From assembly GCA_049966775.1 (NCBI GenBank), contig JBMFTZ010000001.1:21167-85166 (forward strand): 64,000 nt of DNA. Direction: 5' to 3'. The first letter of the stretch is position 1, and each line of letters begins with the position of its first letter. Positions 63,097 to 64,000 of this stretch are shown here, in pieces. The notes under the pieces are model-generated. The model ran no database searches, was not told the origin of the DNA, and worked only from the letters and a program-made list of their open reading frames with translations. A program made the translations under genes and the position numbers. Origin of the DNA: Candidatus Micrarchaeia archaeon (GTDB lineage Archaea > Micrarchaeota > Micrarchaeia > Micrarchaeales > Micrarchaeaceae).

Positions 63097-63305
63097 TTTT
63101 TTCCTTGTTATTTATGTTGTCTTATTATGGCAGCAGGCCACAGCAGCATTGAGAGTGTACATTTGGGACCTTAATACCGGCACGCGGGAAGCGCGCACAA
63201 TATGCCACATGCGAGCTCCCTGTGCTATTTGGTAGGTATCTGAACTGCGAATGCATCCTGACCCGCTTGGAGTTTTGCCGCTTAAATTTGCTTCTGCTTC
63301 TTGAT

Positions 63306-63328
63306 AAAACTTCTTCCCAAGAAGTTTT
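63306..63328 (-). terminator. hairpin plus T4 immediately 3' of tRNA-Ala
   Basis: aaaacttctt-ccc-aagaagtttt is a perfect 10-bp stem. On the minus strand the 3' arm ends in TTTT. Confidence 0.4.
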
Positions 63329-63329
63329 G

Positions 63330-63441
63330 TGGACTCGGCGGGGATCGCACCCGCGACCTTCCGCTTTTTTGGTTCTTGCTTAAGCTTCTTCTGAAGAAGC
63401 TTACTTGCAAAGCGGACGCTCTACTACTGAGCCACGAGCCC
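63330..63441 (-). tRNA. tRNA-Ala (anticodon TGC) with a 40-nt canonical-position intron
   Basis: rc reads GGGCTCG-TG-GCTC-AGTAGTA-GAGC-G-TCCGC-TTTGCA[intron]A-GCGGA-AGGTC-GCGGG-TGCGATC-CCCGC-CGAGTCC-A. The G3:U70 Ala identity pair is present. The intron (about 63366-63405) lies between nt 37 and 38. UUUG/CAAA can form the central 4-bp helix flanked by 3-nt bulges (CAA, AAA). Confidence 0.8.
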
Positions 63442-63507
63442 TTCGTTAACAAGTATTAAGAGAACAATGTATAAATATGCAGCGCTACTGCACTTGCGCT
63501 GCCTGCG

Positions 63508-63888
63508 CTATTTCCTCGCGCGCCTTTTGCTGCCCTTGCTCGCCGGCTTGCTTTTGCCTCGCTTTTTGCTTTGGGCTTTCTTCAGCGCTTTGGCGCCGCG
63601 CGAAGTTTTTGACAGCCTCACTGCACCCTCGCCGGTGGTAAGCCTCTCTATGGCTTCAAGCCCCCTCTCGCCAGGATGCTTTATGTCCTCTTCCATGATC
63701 TGGCCTAGGAGCTTGTCCACATTCCCAGTGCGCGCGGATTCTGAATCGCGCTCTATCTCGCTTATCAGGGCGCTTTCAACATCACTCCTCTTTATTATCC
63801 TGCTTATGTTGCTGAGTGCCCTTATACGCTCAAGCTCTGCCGCATACTTGCCCTTTGCGTGCGCGCTTGCCTGAGGCTTCTTCGCCAT
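63508..63888 (-). CDS. hypothetical protein with Lys/Arg-rich termini
   Basis: 126-aa ORF. Basic N- and C-terminal tails (KKAQSKKRGKSKPASKGSKRRARK) and an acidic helical core. The antisense ORF 63467..63874 looks like a shadow. Confidence 0.5.
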   Translation of the reverse strand: MAKKPQASAHAKGKYAAELERIRALSNISRIIKRSDVESALISEIERDSESARTGNVDKLLGQIMEEDIKHPGERGLEAIERLTTGEGAVRLSKTSRGAKALKKAQSKKRGKSKPASKGSKRRARK

Positions 63889-64000
63889 TGCACTACCTCA
63901 CATGGTATCTTTAATTTAATAGGAAGATTATTAAGGCTTGTGCATCAGTGAGGTTGTCCAATAATTAGCACAGTTCCACTATTCTGAAATGGATAAAAAC

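Noticed and set aside
63130-63290. Possible 5S rRNA or other small RNA between the 79-aa ORF and tRNA-Ala
   Set aside because: GGCCACAGC and ACATTTGGGACC vaguely resemble 5S segments. No helix I closing pair between the ends could be found, and there is no GAACCCGGAAGUUAAGC-like loop C/helix III.

Overview
This is an archaeal chromosomal segment. The evidence is an aRF1 with NIKS and GGQ motifs, an archaeal histone, CDP-archaeol synthase, an archaeal-type ThrRS and AlaRS, an intron-containing tRNA with a bulge-helix-bulge-like junction, TATA-box promoters and several apparently leaderless genes. Gene content (2-oxoacid dehydrogenase complex, many N-glycosylation genes, compact overlapping operons, heavy AGA/AGG/ATA usage) fits an acidophile-type Thermoplasmata-like or DPANN (Micrarchaeota-like) lineage; that placement is inference only. 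The window is densely coding, with about 60 CDS. Housekeeping genes include thrS, serS, aRF1, alaS, an Asn/Asp-type aaRS, RFC large subunit, a RecJ-like DHH protein, endonuclease IV, pyrophosphatase, UPP synthase, CarS, and an E1a-E1b-E2-E3 operon. There are three tRNAs: Leu-TAG, Arg-GCG, and Ala-TGC with a 40-nt intron. Two decayed IS200/IS605 fragments are present (a TnpB N-terminus and a TnpA N-terminus). There is a large cell-envelope component: an S-layer-like 1001-aa protein, sequon-rich surface glycoproteins, an STT3/AglB-like protein, an AglH-like GPT, GT-C enzymes and a dolichol-kinase-like protein. The most unusual content is at 1-7627. It is a minus-strand operon led by a small VirB2/TrbC-like two-helix pilin-type protein. 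That gene is followed by a 6-TM protein, a small soluble ORF and five tandem paralogous polytopic membrane proteins; the fifth runs off the left edge. A second copy of the pilin-like module (14280-14560) is fused behind a Cys-rich, beta-rich ectodomain and a Thr/Ser/Gly linker, and the two copies share a 50-nt identical DNA patch. I interpret this as a candidate conjugative-type (Ced/Ted-like) pilus or cell-cell transfer/contact apparatus. No VirB4/CedB-type ATPase is visible in the window. A GC-rich, helix-rich noncoding block of about 260 nt (21690-21945) looks like an unclassified structured RNA. No CRISPR array and no rRNA were seen.
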